64,000 bases of DNA from an uncultured Chloroflexia bacterium. Lineage in GTDB: Bacteria; Chloroflexota; Limnocylindria; Limnocylindrales; CSP1-4. The notes under the pieces were generated by a model. The model was not told the DNA's origin and searched no databases. It saw only the letters and a program-made list of their open reading frames with translations. This document shows positions 32,415 through 40,881 of the stretch, one piece after another. Location: NCBI GenBank assembly GCA_963816135.1, contig CAWFJD010000017.1, positions 13,064 through 77,063 on the forward strand, read 5' to 3'. Positions within the stretch are counted from its first letter, which is position 1; each line of letters opens with the position of its first letter. Position numbers and translations under genes: made by a program.

Positions 32415-33571
32415 CTAGGGCGCCGCATCGAGGCGCGTCGGAGCGAGCCGGCCGCCAGGCCCAACAGTCCGAAGGCGAAGCAGATCGCGAGGCCGAAGGG
32501 AACGGTCTCGCCTTCCGTTGACGATCGCGACGTGCCAGTCGGCGGCAGCGTCGGCAGGCCCGGAGTGCCGGTCACGCCGCCGACAGACTCGACAGGCGTG
32601 GGCGTCGAGCCGGCGGTCGGGCTCGCGCTCGCTCCGCCGACCGCTTCCGTCGGCGTCGGAGTCGGCGTCGGGGTCGGCGTCGGCGTGGGAGTGGGAGTGG
32701 GAGTGGCGCCCGGACCCGTGACCGCGCACGCGGTTCCGAGGCAGGCGAGCGGGGCGTAGCCACTCCAGCCATCGATGTCGTCGCGAAGCGTGCCCGTTCC
32801 AGCGGCGCCGCCGTCGTTGTACATCGAGGCATTGGTGGTGTTCATGAACGCCGAACTCGGTTCGACGTCCGTGCCGTAGGCCGGCTGCCCGGGGAAGGTC
32901 TGAACGCCCAGGTTGAGCGAGTCCCACGGGCCCTCCACGCCAGTCGGAGAGAAGCCCCGATGCGAGGTGTTGAACGCGACCGTCCAGATGATCTCGTCAG
33001 TCAAAGTCACCCCGGCCGGCAGCGCGAAGGTCACGGGATGGGCCATTCCGGCGAAGCACGTGTCCGACGCGGCGTAGTACCAGCCGGTCGAGTCGCGCGT
33101 CGCGCAGATTCCGGATGGGTCGTACGAGGGGCGATAGGGGAGGGCGAAGGTCTGCGTGGTGCTAACCAGAACCGCGCCGGGAGCCGGCACCGCCGCGGAT
33201 CGGTCGACCGAGTAGATGCGCAGGGTGAGTGGCTGCGACCAGGTGTCGTCCGGTGTCGAGGTGCAGGTCGTTCCGCCGCCGCTCTCGCATGCCCAGATCG
33301 ACATCACGACGGTCAGCGGAAGGTTGCCGCTGGACCGCTCCGTGCCCGCGAGACGGACGAGGTCGCCGAACTCCCTGGTGCTCGTGGCTTCGTAGCCGAC
33401 ACTCGGGACGTTGCCCGGAAGGCTGGCCGGTATGTTGGAGTAGACGGGCGGCACCGCGGCGAGGGACGCGGCGGGGGCGAGGGCCAGAAGTCCTGCCACG
33501 GCAACGAGACCCGCGGCAAGACCGGTTCGGGGCAGACGGCGAAGGTAGGGGCGGGTGCGCGCGATGGTCAC
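32415..33571 (-). CDS. secreted, LPXTG-type cell-wall-anchored protein of unknown function (apparent indel in the last codons)
   Basis: GTG 33571 lies 8 nt after GGAG. The signal peptide is RTGLAAGLVAVAGLLALAPAASLAA. A (TP)n linker follows. The sorting signal is LPPTGTS...VPFGLAICFAFGLLGLAAGSL-RRASMRR. The expected stop (TAG 32415-32417, just before the terminator) is out of frame by one base, so the raw ORF runs on to 32084. Confidence 0.7.
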
Positions 33572-33734
33572 GTGGCAGTCTCCGAGGTCGAACGGCTGGT
33601 AGTCCCCCGGTGACGCGCCCCCTAGGCCAGCCATTCTTGCAAATCGCGGAACCCCATGTCGCGTACCAGGACCAAAGGCGGTGCGCCGGGGCAAACCAGC
33701 CGCTCAATTCCGTGCCTGCGCTAGGATCGAGCCG

Positions 33735-34613
33735 ATGAAGTACGGACTGATTCTGAGGAGCACCGGACCCGCTTCGAGCCCGGAGGCCATCGAAGCCGGC
33801 GCGGAGACGGCCGAACGCCTCGGCTGGGAGACCGTCTGGACCACGGACCACGTCCTGGTGCCGGAGGCGCTGTCTTCGGAGTACGGCCGGGTCTACGAAG
33901 CGATCTCGACTCTGGGCTGGGTTGGGGCGAGGCACCCGAAGCTCAAGCTCGGCATCAGCGTGGTGGTCGTGCCACAACGAAACGCCGTGTTGCTCGCCAA
34001 GGAGCTGGCCACGCTCGATGCCCTGAGCGGGGGCAGACTGCTTGCGGGCGTGGGGATCGGCTGGATGGAAGGCGAGTTCGCGAACCTCGGAATGTCCGAA
34101 CGGTTCCACAGGCGGGGCGCCTACCTCGACGAGACCATCCGTCTCTGGCGGCACCTCTGGTCCGGGTCGCGCGAGCCTTTCCAGGGCGCATTCCACCAAT
34201 TCCGCGACTACGTCTTCGAGCCGTTGCCCGTTCAGGCTGAGCGGCTGCCAATCGTGGTCGGCGGCACCTCCGACGCGGGCATGCGCCGGGCCGGTGCGAT
34301 GGGCGACGCCTATCAATCGACGGGCACGGATCCCACCGGCTACGAGCGACGAGTAGCGATCATTCGCGCGGCTGCCGAAACGGCCGGGCGGCCGATGCCA
34401 CGGCTGATGGCCCGGCTGTCGATCACCGCCACGCCGCCTGCGGGCCGGTTCGCACTCTCGGGGGATCCCGAGGCCATGCTGGCCGACATTCGGGCGTTCG
34501 CCGCGGTTGGAGTCGAAGAGCTAGCGCTCGCGTTCGAAGCCACCGATCCCGAACGGCTGGCCGCCGACATCGAGCGGTTCGACCGCGAGGTCGCCACAGC
34601 GCCGGTGCCGTAA
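33735..34613 (+). CDS. LLM-class (luciferase-like) flavin/F420-dependent oxidoreductase
   Basis: 292 aa from ATG 33735 (MKYGLILRS...). The blocks WTTDHVLVP, KLGISVVVVPQRNAVLLAKELATLDALSGGRLLAGVGIGW and LPIVVGGTSDAGMRRAGAMGD are typical of the LLM F420-dependent subfamilies. Confidence 0.8.
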   Translation: MKYGLILRSTGPASSPEAIEAGAETAERLGWETVWTTDHVLVPEALSSEYGRVYEAISTLGWVGARHPKLKLGISVVVVPQRNAVLLAKELATLDALSGGRLLAGVGIGWMEGEFANLGMSERFHRRGAYLDETIRLWRHLWSGSREPFQGAFHQFRDYVFEPLPVQAERLPIVVGGTSDAGMRRAGAMGDAYQSTGTDPTGYERRVAIIRAAAETAGRPMPRLMARLSITATPPAGRFALSGDPEAMLADIRAFAAVGVEELALAFEATDPERLAADIERFDREVATAPVP

Positions 34614-35080
34614 TGGCTGCCGTCGTCTCGTTGACCAGCCTCGAGCGCAGCCTTCTGTCCGAGGCTCGCCGAGCCGTGCTGGCGACGACTTCGGCGGACG
34701 GATCTCCCCGGGCCCTGCCGATCTGCTTCGTCACCGGGTCCGAAGACGTTTCCGATGGCCTGAACGTGTATTCGCCGATCGACGAGAAGCCCAAGTCGAA
34801 CGCCGACCCTCTGGCCCTGGCCAGAGTTCGGGACATCGCCGCCAGACCGGAAGTGGTCGTCCTGGTCGATCGCTGGGACGAGGAGTGGAGCCGTCTCGCC
34901 TGGGTCCAGCTTCGAGGCAGGGCGTCATTGCTGGATCCCGGTGCTGCCGAACATGACGCGGCGGTGGCGCGGCTGCGGGCCAAGTATCCGCAGTACGCGT
35001 GCCACGACCTGGAGTCGAGGCCGATCATCAAGGTCGAGGTGACCGCTCTGCGTTCGTGGTCGGCCGCGCCGGCGGACTGA
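34613..35080 (+). CDS. PPOX-class F420-dependent oxidoreductase (TIGR03668-like)
   Basis: Intact 155-aa ORF whose start overlaps the upstream stop. It contains RRAVLATTSADGSPRALPICF...SPIDEKPK...LARVRDIAARPEVVVLVDRWDEEWSRLAWVQLRGRA. Confidence 0.8.
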   Translation: MAAVVSLTSLERSLLSEARRAVLATTSADGSPRALPICFVTGSEDVSDGLNVYSPIDEKPKSNADPLALARVRDIAARPEVVVLVDRWDEEWSRLAWVQLRGRASLLDPGAAEHDAAVARLRAKYPQYACHDLESRPIIKVEVTALRSWSAAPAD

Positions 35081-35123
35081 TCGGGCCGATGGCGTGCCGG
35101 GTGGAGTGCTAACCTACGGCCGA

Positions 35124-35232
35124 CCTTTGAAGCCGGTCCAGTGAGGCCGGCATGCGGTCCGAGAGGCCGGGAAGGAGACGAGATCGTGCGCCAGCCGAAC
35201 CACCGTGCCCGTGAGGCCGGTGGCGTTTTTGT
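35124..35232 (+). promoter_or_regulatory. PyrR-type pyrimidine attenuator leader upstream of carA
   Basis: GGTCCGAGAGGCCGGGAAGGAGA (35156-35178) matches the PyrR-binding consensus (GUCCAGAGAGGCUGAGAAGGA type). A second GGTCCAGTGAGGCC hairpin lies upstream. A terminator follows: CCACCGTGCCC-GTGA-GGCCGGTGG then CGTTTTTGT (35200-35232). The leader is homologous base-for-base to 55024-55170. Confidence 0.7.
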
Positions 35233-35256
35233 ATGAACCGGAGACTCCTAGCCGAC

Positions 35257-36509
35257 ATGCCCGAAGCCCGCAAGTCGCCGCCGCTGCCGCGCTCGAGCGC
35301 CGTAGTCGATCCGCGTGTCGGCGATTTCGGGACGGCTCTGCTGGCCCTCGAGGATGGCCGCGTCTTTCCCGGCGTCGCCTTTGGGGCGCGCTGCGCCGGC
35401 CAGGGCGACCTCGTGGTGAACACGAGCCAGACCGGCTACCAGGAGATCGCCACGGATCCCTCGTACGCGGGTCAGCTCGTGGTCATGACCTATCCGCTCA
35501 TCGGCAACTATGGCCGGATCCGTTTCGACGACCAATCCGAGCGGCCCTGGCTGCGAGGTCTGATCGTCGCCAACGCCACGGCCGCCGTGCTCGACGATGC
35601 CCGGCAGCTGGCCACGATGCTCCGAGAGGCGGGCATTCCGGCGATCGCGGGCGTGGATACCCGGGCGCTGGCGCGGCATCTGCGTTCTCACGGCTCGCCT
35701 GCGCGCGGTCGTGACCGAACCGGGCGTCACGGATTTCGAAGAGGCTCGAGCGCTCGCGCGCGGGGTGCCTCGCTGGGAGGACCAGGATTTCGTGGCCCAG
35801 GTTTCGCCGGAAGCGGCGCGGGACGAAGGCGACGCGACGGAGGGCGGACCGCTCGTGGCGATCATCGACTTCGGGCTCAAGACGAACATCGTCCGGAGCC
35901 TGAGGCGGCGCGGGGCCAGGGTCCGGGTGCTGCCGCACACGGCCACGGCGGCGGAGGTGCTCGCACCGGACGTGGACGGCGTTGTCTTCTCGCCCGGGCC
36001 CGGGAGATCCGGCTCGATTGGCGGGCCCGGTGGCATTGGCCCGGCGGGTGATCGAGGACGGCCGGCCGATGTTGGGGATCTGCCTGGGCCACCAGATCAT
36101 CGGCCGGGCAGCCGGAGCCAGCACCCGGCGCCTGCCGTTCGGGCATCACGCCGCCAATCACCCGGTGAAGGATCTCGAGACGGGGCTGGTGCAGGTCACG
36201 GCCCAGAACCACGAGGTAACGGTCGTCGCCGACACCCTGGCGGCGGAAAGCGGCTTCGTGGTGAGCCAGATCGACCTCAACGACGGGTCGGTCGAGGGCC
36301 TGCGCCACCGGACGCTGCCGATCGAGACCGTCCAGTACCACCCCGAAGGCGGCCCCGGGCCGCTCGACGCCCTGGCGGTCTTCGACCGGTTCGTGGCCGC
36401 GGCTTCCGCTCGTCACGAGGGCACCGCGCCTGCGCCGACGCTGGGAGGCGCGGAGCCACTCCACCTCGACACGGCCGAACTCGCGCGCCGAATAGCCCGT
36501 TCGAAGTAA
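35257..36509 (+). pseudogene. carA: carbamoyl-phosphate synthase small (glutaminase) subunit CarA, 2 frameshifts
   Basis: Three frames tile CarA. They are ALLALEDGRVFPGVAFGA...NTSQTGYQEIATDPSYAGQLVVMTYPLIGNYG, then AVVTEPG...LVAIIDFGLKTNIVRSL...VVFSPGPG, then MLGICLGHQIIG...VQYHPEGGPGP (catalytic Cys-His). I prefer ATG 35257 (GGAGA 12 nt upstream) over ATG 35233, which sits in the terminator T-run. Confidence 0.85.
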
Positions 36510-36922
36510 GGGGTATCGCGGGCCCGATTCCGACGCTGCCGGAGGCGGCCTGATACCTGACAGGTTTCGGCAGGTTCCCGGACTACAGTCAGTCCTGACA
36601 AAGCGCTATCGCCGCGAGTGCTCGCGGAACTGGCCAGACAGAGCCAGCGCTGCCGAAAGGACCACCGAGTGTTGACCCCTCGAATCATCAAAGACGTCCA
36701 CGATCAGCAGGTCCGCGAGCTGGAGATGCGGCTCCGACCCTGCGAGAGCCAGGCGGATTGCACTGGCGGCATCCGCCAGACCGTGGGCAGGGCACTGATC
36801 CATCTCGGCTCGGGCATGGCGGCCGAGTGCCCGCCTCAGCTCGCCCGCCGCTGAGAAGCGTCGACGCGGATCTTCGGCCGCCGTCACGACCGCGGATCGG
36901 CGGAACACAGAAGTGGGATCAC

Positions 36923-37544
36923 GTGGAAGTCACCGTCAATGGGGTTCCGGTCCACTGCGACGTCCGTGGCAGCGGAAGCCCCGTGCTCATGATCCACGGC
37001 TGGAGTCCGGACCACCGTCTGATGACGGGCTGCATGGAGCCGGTCTTCGAAGCGCTGGTTCGGCCGTGGAAGCGGATCTACTTCGACCTGCCGGGCATGG
37101 GCCGGACGCCGGGCACGACGAATCGCTGCTGGCGGCGCTGACCGACAAGGAGCGCGGCCAGTTCGAAGGCCTCACGGTCCAGCTGACCGAAAGGGTCTGG
37201 CGGCGTTTCCGCGATGACGTCATCCCGGGCCTGGACCTCGCCGACAACGACTTCCTCGAGAACACCCTCGGCCGGAACGTGCCATTCAGCTTCGCGATCG
37301 ATCGGGCGGACGAGCCATACGCCAAACCCTCGCTCATCCTCACCGGTCGCCAGGACTGCGCCACGGCTACCGTGACATCTGGAAGGTCCTGGAGTGCTAT
37401 CCGCGGGCCTCATTCGCGGTCCTGGACAAGGCCGGCCACAACCTCCAGTTCGAGCAGGACGTGCTGTTCGGCGCGCTGGTTCGGGAGTGGCTCGATCGCG
37501 TCGTCGCGGAGGCTTCCGCTACGAAACCCAGAAACCAAAGGTGA
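36923..37544 (+). pseudogene. alpha/beta-hydrolase remnant with an internal deletion of the nucleophile region
   Basis: The N-terminal block is VEVTVNGVPVHCDVRGSGSPVLMIHGWSPDHRLMTGCMEPVF...FDLPGMGRTPG. It jumps at about 37120 directly to the cap/C-terminal part LLAALTDKERGQFEGL...PSLILTGRQD...LDKAGHNLQFEQDVLFGALVREWLDRV-stop (37542-37544). The roughly 90 aa that normally carry GxSxG are absent, and there are additional frame changes. Confidence 0.55.
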
Positions 37545-37800
37545 AGAGCGTGACCAGCATGCCCATCAGCAGCGTGCTGGCCATGACCCAGACACGGTCG
37601 AAGATCGGGTGGCGGCCGAACCAGGCGAGCATGAGGAAGATCGCGGGCACGGCAAGGACGTAGCGAACGACGCCCTGTCCGCTCGAACTACCGGCGCTCA
37701 GGAGGATGACCATCCCTCCGAAAAGCGCAACGCCGCGCATTTCCTGGTGCTGACGCCACAGCCAGACGCAGGCGACCACGCCCAGGCCGAGAGCGAGCAA
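37519..37800 (-). CDS. hypothetical membrane protein (possibly a C-terminal fragment of a larger polytopic protein)
   Basis: 93-aa ORF with three hydrophobic helices (LALGLGVVACVWLW, VALFGGMVILLSAG, VLAVPAIFLMLAWF, LLMGMLVTLFTFGFWV). No recognisable upstream part. Confidence 0.35.
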   Translation of the reverse strand: MLALGLGVVACVWLWRQHQEMRGVALFGGMVILLSAGSSSGQGVVRYVLAVPAIFLMLAWFGRHPIFDRVWVMASTLLMGMLVTLFTFGFWVS

Positions 37801-37972
37801 CTCCAGCGAGAGAAACGGCAGAGGATGAGAACGTTTCGAAAAGCAAATACCTCGTTAAGGAGGCTCAATCCGCCGGGCCGCGTAGACCGCCCGAAGCGCC
37901 TCATTGCCCGCAGCCTTTCCGCGAAAGTGAGATCGTGGCTGTCGCAAACGCTGACGATCAAAGGACGAGCAC

Positions 37973-38410
37973 ATGCCCCTTACCGGCGAATACGAGCCAG
38001 GAACCGCCCAATGGGCCCTGGATCAGGTCGAGCTTTTCGAGCGGACAAATGGACAGGAAGGCGCGCTGCTTCGCGGACGGCCGATCATCGTCCTGACCTC
38101 GGTCGGGGCCAGGAGCGGCAAGCTCCGCAAGACGGCCCTGATGCGGGTCGAGCACGACGGTTGTTACGCCGTGGTCGCTTCGATGGGCGGCGCGCCCAAG
38201 CACCCGGTCTGGTACTACAACCTCAAGAAGAACCCTCACGTCGAGCTCCAGGACGGCGGCGCCAAGCTCGACTACACGGCTCGCGAACTAACTGGCGAGG
38301 AGAAGGCTCTCTGGTGGCAGCGGGCCGTCGAGGCCTGGCCCGACTACGCGAACTATCAGAAGAAGACCGAGCGCGAGATCCCCGTCTTCGTGCTCGAGCC
38401 GATGAGGTAG
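37973..38410 (+). CDS. nitroreductase-family deazaflavin (F420H2)-dependent oxidoreductase (Ddn-like)
   Basis: Intact 145-aa [63 protein letters not shown]...[30 protein letters not shown] is the family signature. Confidence 0.9.
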   Translation: MPLTGEYEPGTAQWALDQVELFERTNGQEGALLRGRPIIVLTSVGARSGKLRKTALMRVEHDGCYAVVASMGGAPKHPVWYYNLKKNPHVELQDGGAKLDYTARELTGEEKALWWQRAVEAWPDYANYQKKTEREIPVFVLEPMR

Positions 38411-38412
38411 CG

Positions 38413-38841
38413 ATGAACGAGCATCTCAGTCTGGGCAGCGCCGAGGCACGGCTCGCGATCCAGGTCATCGAGTCCGAGCTGGGACGGCGGGGCAAGGCCG
38501 CGGTTATCGCCGTCGCCGACGATCACGGCGAGCTCCTGGGCCTGCTCCGAATCGACGGCGCGCCGCTGCCCTCGATCGTCATCGCCACGAACAAGGCCTT
38601 CACGGCCGCTCGAGAGCGAAAGCCGAGCATCGAACTTGGACGCGGGTCGCGCGATCCCGAGAAGGGCTTCGACATGGCCTACTACGGCGATCCGCGCTAC
38701 GTTGGCTGGGGTGGGGGAGTCCCGGTCATGGTCAACGGGACCGTGGTCGGAGCGGTCGCCGTGAGCGGCCTTTCGCAGGAAGAGGACATGGAGCTGGCCG
38801 AAATGGCGGTCCGGGCCATCGTGAAAGCCGCCGGCAGCTAG
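38413..38841 (+). CDS. GlcG/HbpS-like heme-binding protein (DUF336)
   Basis: 142 aa from ATG 38413, 2 nt after the previous stop. It contains KAAVIAVADDHGELLGLLRIDGAPLPSIVIATNKAFTAA...GGVPVMVNGTVVGAVAVSGLSQEEDMELAEMA. Confidence 0.85.
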   Translation: MNEHLSLGSAEARLAIQVIESELGRRGKAAVIAVADDHGELLGLLRIDGAPLPSIVIATNKAFTAARERKPSIELGRGSRDPEKGFDMAYYGDPRYVGWGGGVPVMVNGTVVGAVAVSGLSQEEDMELAEMAVRAIVKAAGS

Positions 38842-38978
38842 GCTGCCTCCACGGCCTCTTGAGTCGGCGGGTCCTGAGCGGGCCGGCCTAAGATGTGCGG
38901 AAATCGAGGGCCGGGGTTTTCGAGGACGGGGGAATCGCGGGCATCGGGGCCGGATCCTGCACGGGAGCGACGAGGACC

Positions 38979-39485
38979 ATGAGGCTGCACGGCAGCATGA
39001 CTGTGAACGGTCGCGCTTACGCAGCCGGCGACGAGATCCCGGGCGCGTTCGTCTATCCGTTCTTCCTGATCCACATGCTCGCGTTCGGGGCGGCCGGCTT
39101 TGCGCTGGCCTACAGCGGCGTGCCTCTGGAGATGGTCTACATGCACGGCGGTATCGCGATCGTCGTCTACGTGATCTTCTACCTGGCGATATTCGGCCGC
39201 GACGAAGTGAAATGGATGTTCATCAACGCCGGGCTCGGACTCTTCGGCATCGTCAGCCAGATCGACTGGATCCTGTCGCTCTTCGGCAAGCACGTGGCCG
39301 ACTTCCCCTGGTACGTGCATATCGTTCCGTTCCTGTACTTCGTGCTCTACACGTTCCTGATTCGCCACGCCATCCTCGACCTGCTCGGGGTCCGGGACGA
39401 CGAAACGAAGCGTCCGAAGGTCGAATACGGGTTTGTCGCGGTCTCGCTGGCCTTCTACGCGCTGGCGCACTTCCTGGAGGCGTGA
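38979..39485 (+). CDS. hypothetical polytopic membrane protein
   Basis: Five hydrophobic helices (FVYPFFLIHMLAFGAAGFALAY, GGIAIVVYVIFYLAIF, MFINAGLGLFGIVSQIDWILSLF, IVPFLYFVLYTFLI, FVAVSLAFYALAHFL). The raw ORF starts at 38895; I prefer ATG 38979 (MRLHGS...). Confidence 0.55.
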   Translation: MRLHGSMTVNGRAYAAGDEIPGAFVYPFFLIHMLAFGAAGFALAYSGVPLEMVYMHGGIAIVVYVIFYLAIFGRDEVKWMFINAGLGLFGIVSQIDWILSLFGKHVADFPWYVHIVPFLYFVLYTFLIRHAILDLLGVRDDETKRPKVEYGFVAVSLAFYALAHFLEA

Positions 39486-39614
39486 GGGCGGGCAAGGCGG
39501 CGCCGCCGCGTCGAGCTCAGCGCCGCGCTGAGCCCAGTGTCGAGCGGCACCGCGCCGCGTCGTGCCCCGTCGATCGCCGCCCCGGGAGCCGCCCCCGGGC
39601 CGGCTTTCTTGCCA

Positions 39615-39840
39615 ACTTGGCCATCTGCAAATCGGGGTAGCAGCTGGCCGCCTCCGAGGGCTGCCGACGGGCCTTCGCTTGTCGGAATCCGACCATTTCG
39701 GTCGCTCACCGCTCGGCTCTGGACGAAAGGCCGCTCGCCAAGACCAAATTCGGCGCCGATCGAGCCTCTCGCCCCGCACTCCCGGAAGCTGGACCCGGCC
39801 TCTTGCTACGGGGATTTGCAGATGGCCAGAATGCCATCCC
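39615..39840. mobile_element. MITE-like 226-bp repeat, copy 1
   Basis: About 90% identical over its full length to 40592-40817. The ends form an imperfect inverted repeat: GGCCATCTGCAAATCGGGGTAGCA (39619-39642) against the reverse complement of TGCTACGGGGATTTGCAGATGGCC (39804-39827). There is no ORF of its own, and it supplies the last approximately 45 codons of the 39706..40479 ORF. Confidence 0.6.
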
Positions 39841-40479
39841 GGACGTCGCGGCCGCAGGCCGGTCGAGGAACGGCCGAAGTTGCCGACCATCGAGCGGGAA
39901 CGCCGCCCGCAGCAGAGTCCGGTGTTCCGTCGCATGCCGCCGGTTCGTGTGCGTGTCCTCGACGATGAGCCAGGCACTGACCGCGCTCGGCCGCCAGCCT
40001 CGCTCGGCGGCAATCGCACAGGCCAGCCGGCGCTTTCGGTGCAAGGTCCCGAGCATTTCGTCGATGTCCACGAACTCGGTCTTGAGCTCGATCACGAGCA
40101 GATGGCCGGACGCGGCATGCCAGGCCAGCAGATCGACCACGCCTCGTTCGCCGTAGATCGAGAACGAGACCTCGGGCTCGAAGGCCCAGCCGGACCGCGC
40201 GAGCAGGAATCCGGCAAATCTCTCCCCGAGAGCGGAGTGCCGCCGGCTCAGGAGCCGTGCCAACTCTCCGCCGCGCCACCGAGCCTGCAGGTCCAGCCTG
40301 ACTTCCAGGACCGACGCGACGTGCCGGACTGTGCGGAGTGAGAGCGTGCCGCAATGCCCCCGCTCGATCAGCGACACGGTCCCGTGAGACACGCCCGCGA
40401 GCTCCGCGAGCGCGACCTGGCTCAAGTGGCGCCGCAGCCGAACCATCCGAATGGCCGAACCGAACTGAAGGTCGTTCAC
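39706..40479 (-). CDS. XRE-family HTH protein fused to a PD-(D/E)xK nuclease-like domain; C-terminus runs into the MITE
   Basis: The HTH is IRMVRLRRHLSQVALAELAGVSHGTVSLIERG. The core GERGVVDLLAWHAASGHLLVIELKTEF fits the D...E-x-K restriction-endonuclease-fold motif. The tail GMAFWPSANPRSKRPG... is encoded by repeat copy 1. Confidence 0.7.
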   Translation of the reverse strand: MNDLQFGSAIRMVRLRRHLSQVALAELAGVSHGTVSLIERGHCGTLSLRTVRHVASVLEVRLDLQARWRGGELARLLSRRHSALGERFAGFLLARSGWAFEPEVSFSIYGERGVVDLLAWHAASGHLLVIELKTEFVDIDEMLGTLHRKRRLACAIAAERGWRPSAVSAWLIVEDTHTNRRHATEHRTLLRAAFPLDGRQLRPFLDRPAAATSGMAFWPSANPRSKRPGPASGSAGREARSAPNLVLASGLSSRAER

Positions 40480-40591
40480 GCCCCGCAGCCTGCCAGCCTC
40501 GTCTTCGCCCCGGCTTATTCGAGGGTACCCAGCTGGGCCCCGTTCATTCGGCGGGCCGCCGCTCCACGGCCGGCGGCCGCCTTCGCCCGGG

Positions 40592-40817
40592 ACTTGGCCA
40601 TCTGCAAATCGGGGTAGCAGCTGGCCGCCTCCGAGGGCTGCTGAGGGGCCGCGCTTGTCGGAATCCGGCCATTTCGGCCGCTCATTCGCTCGGCTCTGGA
40701 CGAAAGGGCGCTCGCCAGGACCAGATTCGGCGCCGATCGAGCCTCGCGCCGCCCACTCCCGGGAGCTGGACCCGGCCTCCTGCTACGGGGATTTGCAGAT
40801 GGCCAGAATGCCATCCC
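40592..40817. mobile_element. MITE-like 226-bp repeat, copy 2
   Basis: It has the same orientation and length as copy 1 and the same terminal inverted repeats (40596-40619 / 40781-40804). It lies 112 bp upstream of the HTH-nuclease start codon. Confidence 0.6.
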
Positions 40818-40881
40818 AAGGTCGCCGGCTCGGTCTGGGCCAGGAAAGGCAAGCGCCACAGGAGGCCCGAGTGGCCGCGCC

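Noticed and set aside
36606-36908. Overlapping ORFs 36606..36908(-) and 36618..36854(+), and the ORF 63708..63944(-) at the right edge.
   Set aside because: They have no family signature, no clear ribosome-binding site, and either strand is equally plausible. I cannot support a gene call.
36913-38841. A 642-aa ORF, and similarly the 898-aa ORF 59251..61947 and the 826-aa ORF 56960..59440.
   Set aside because: These are read-through composites. Only their 3' parts are real genes (the GlcG-like gene at 38413..38841; the sigma factor and SecD-head protein; the TlpA-like gene at 58817..59440). The rest is out-of-frame or intergenic sequence without stops.
39615-40817. The two 226-bp repeats as a template/variable repeat pair of a diversity-generating retroelement.
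   Set aside because: The mismatches between the copies are not adenine-specific (C-T, C-G, T-C and T-G changes occur as well as A-G). No reverse transcriptase gene is present.
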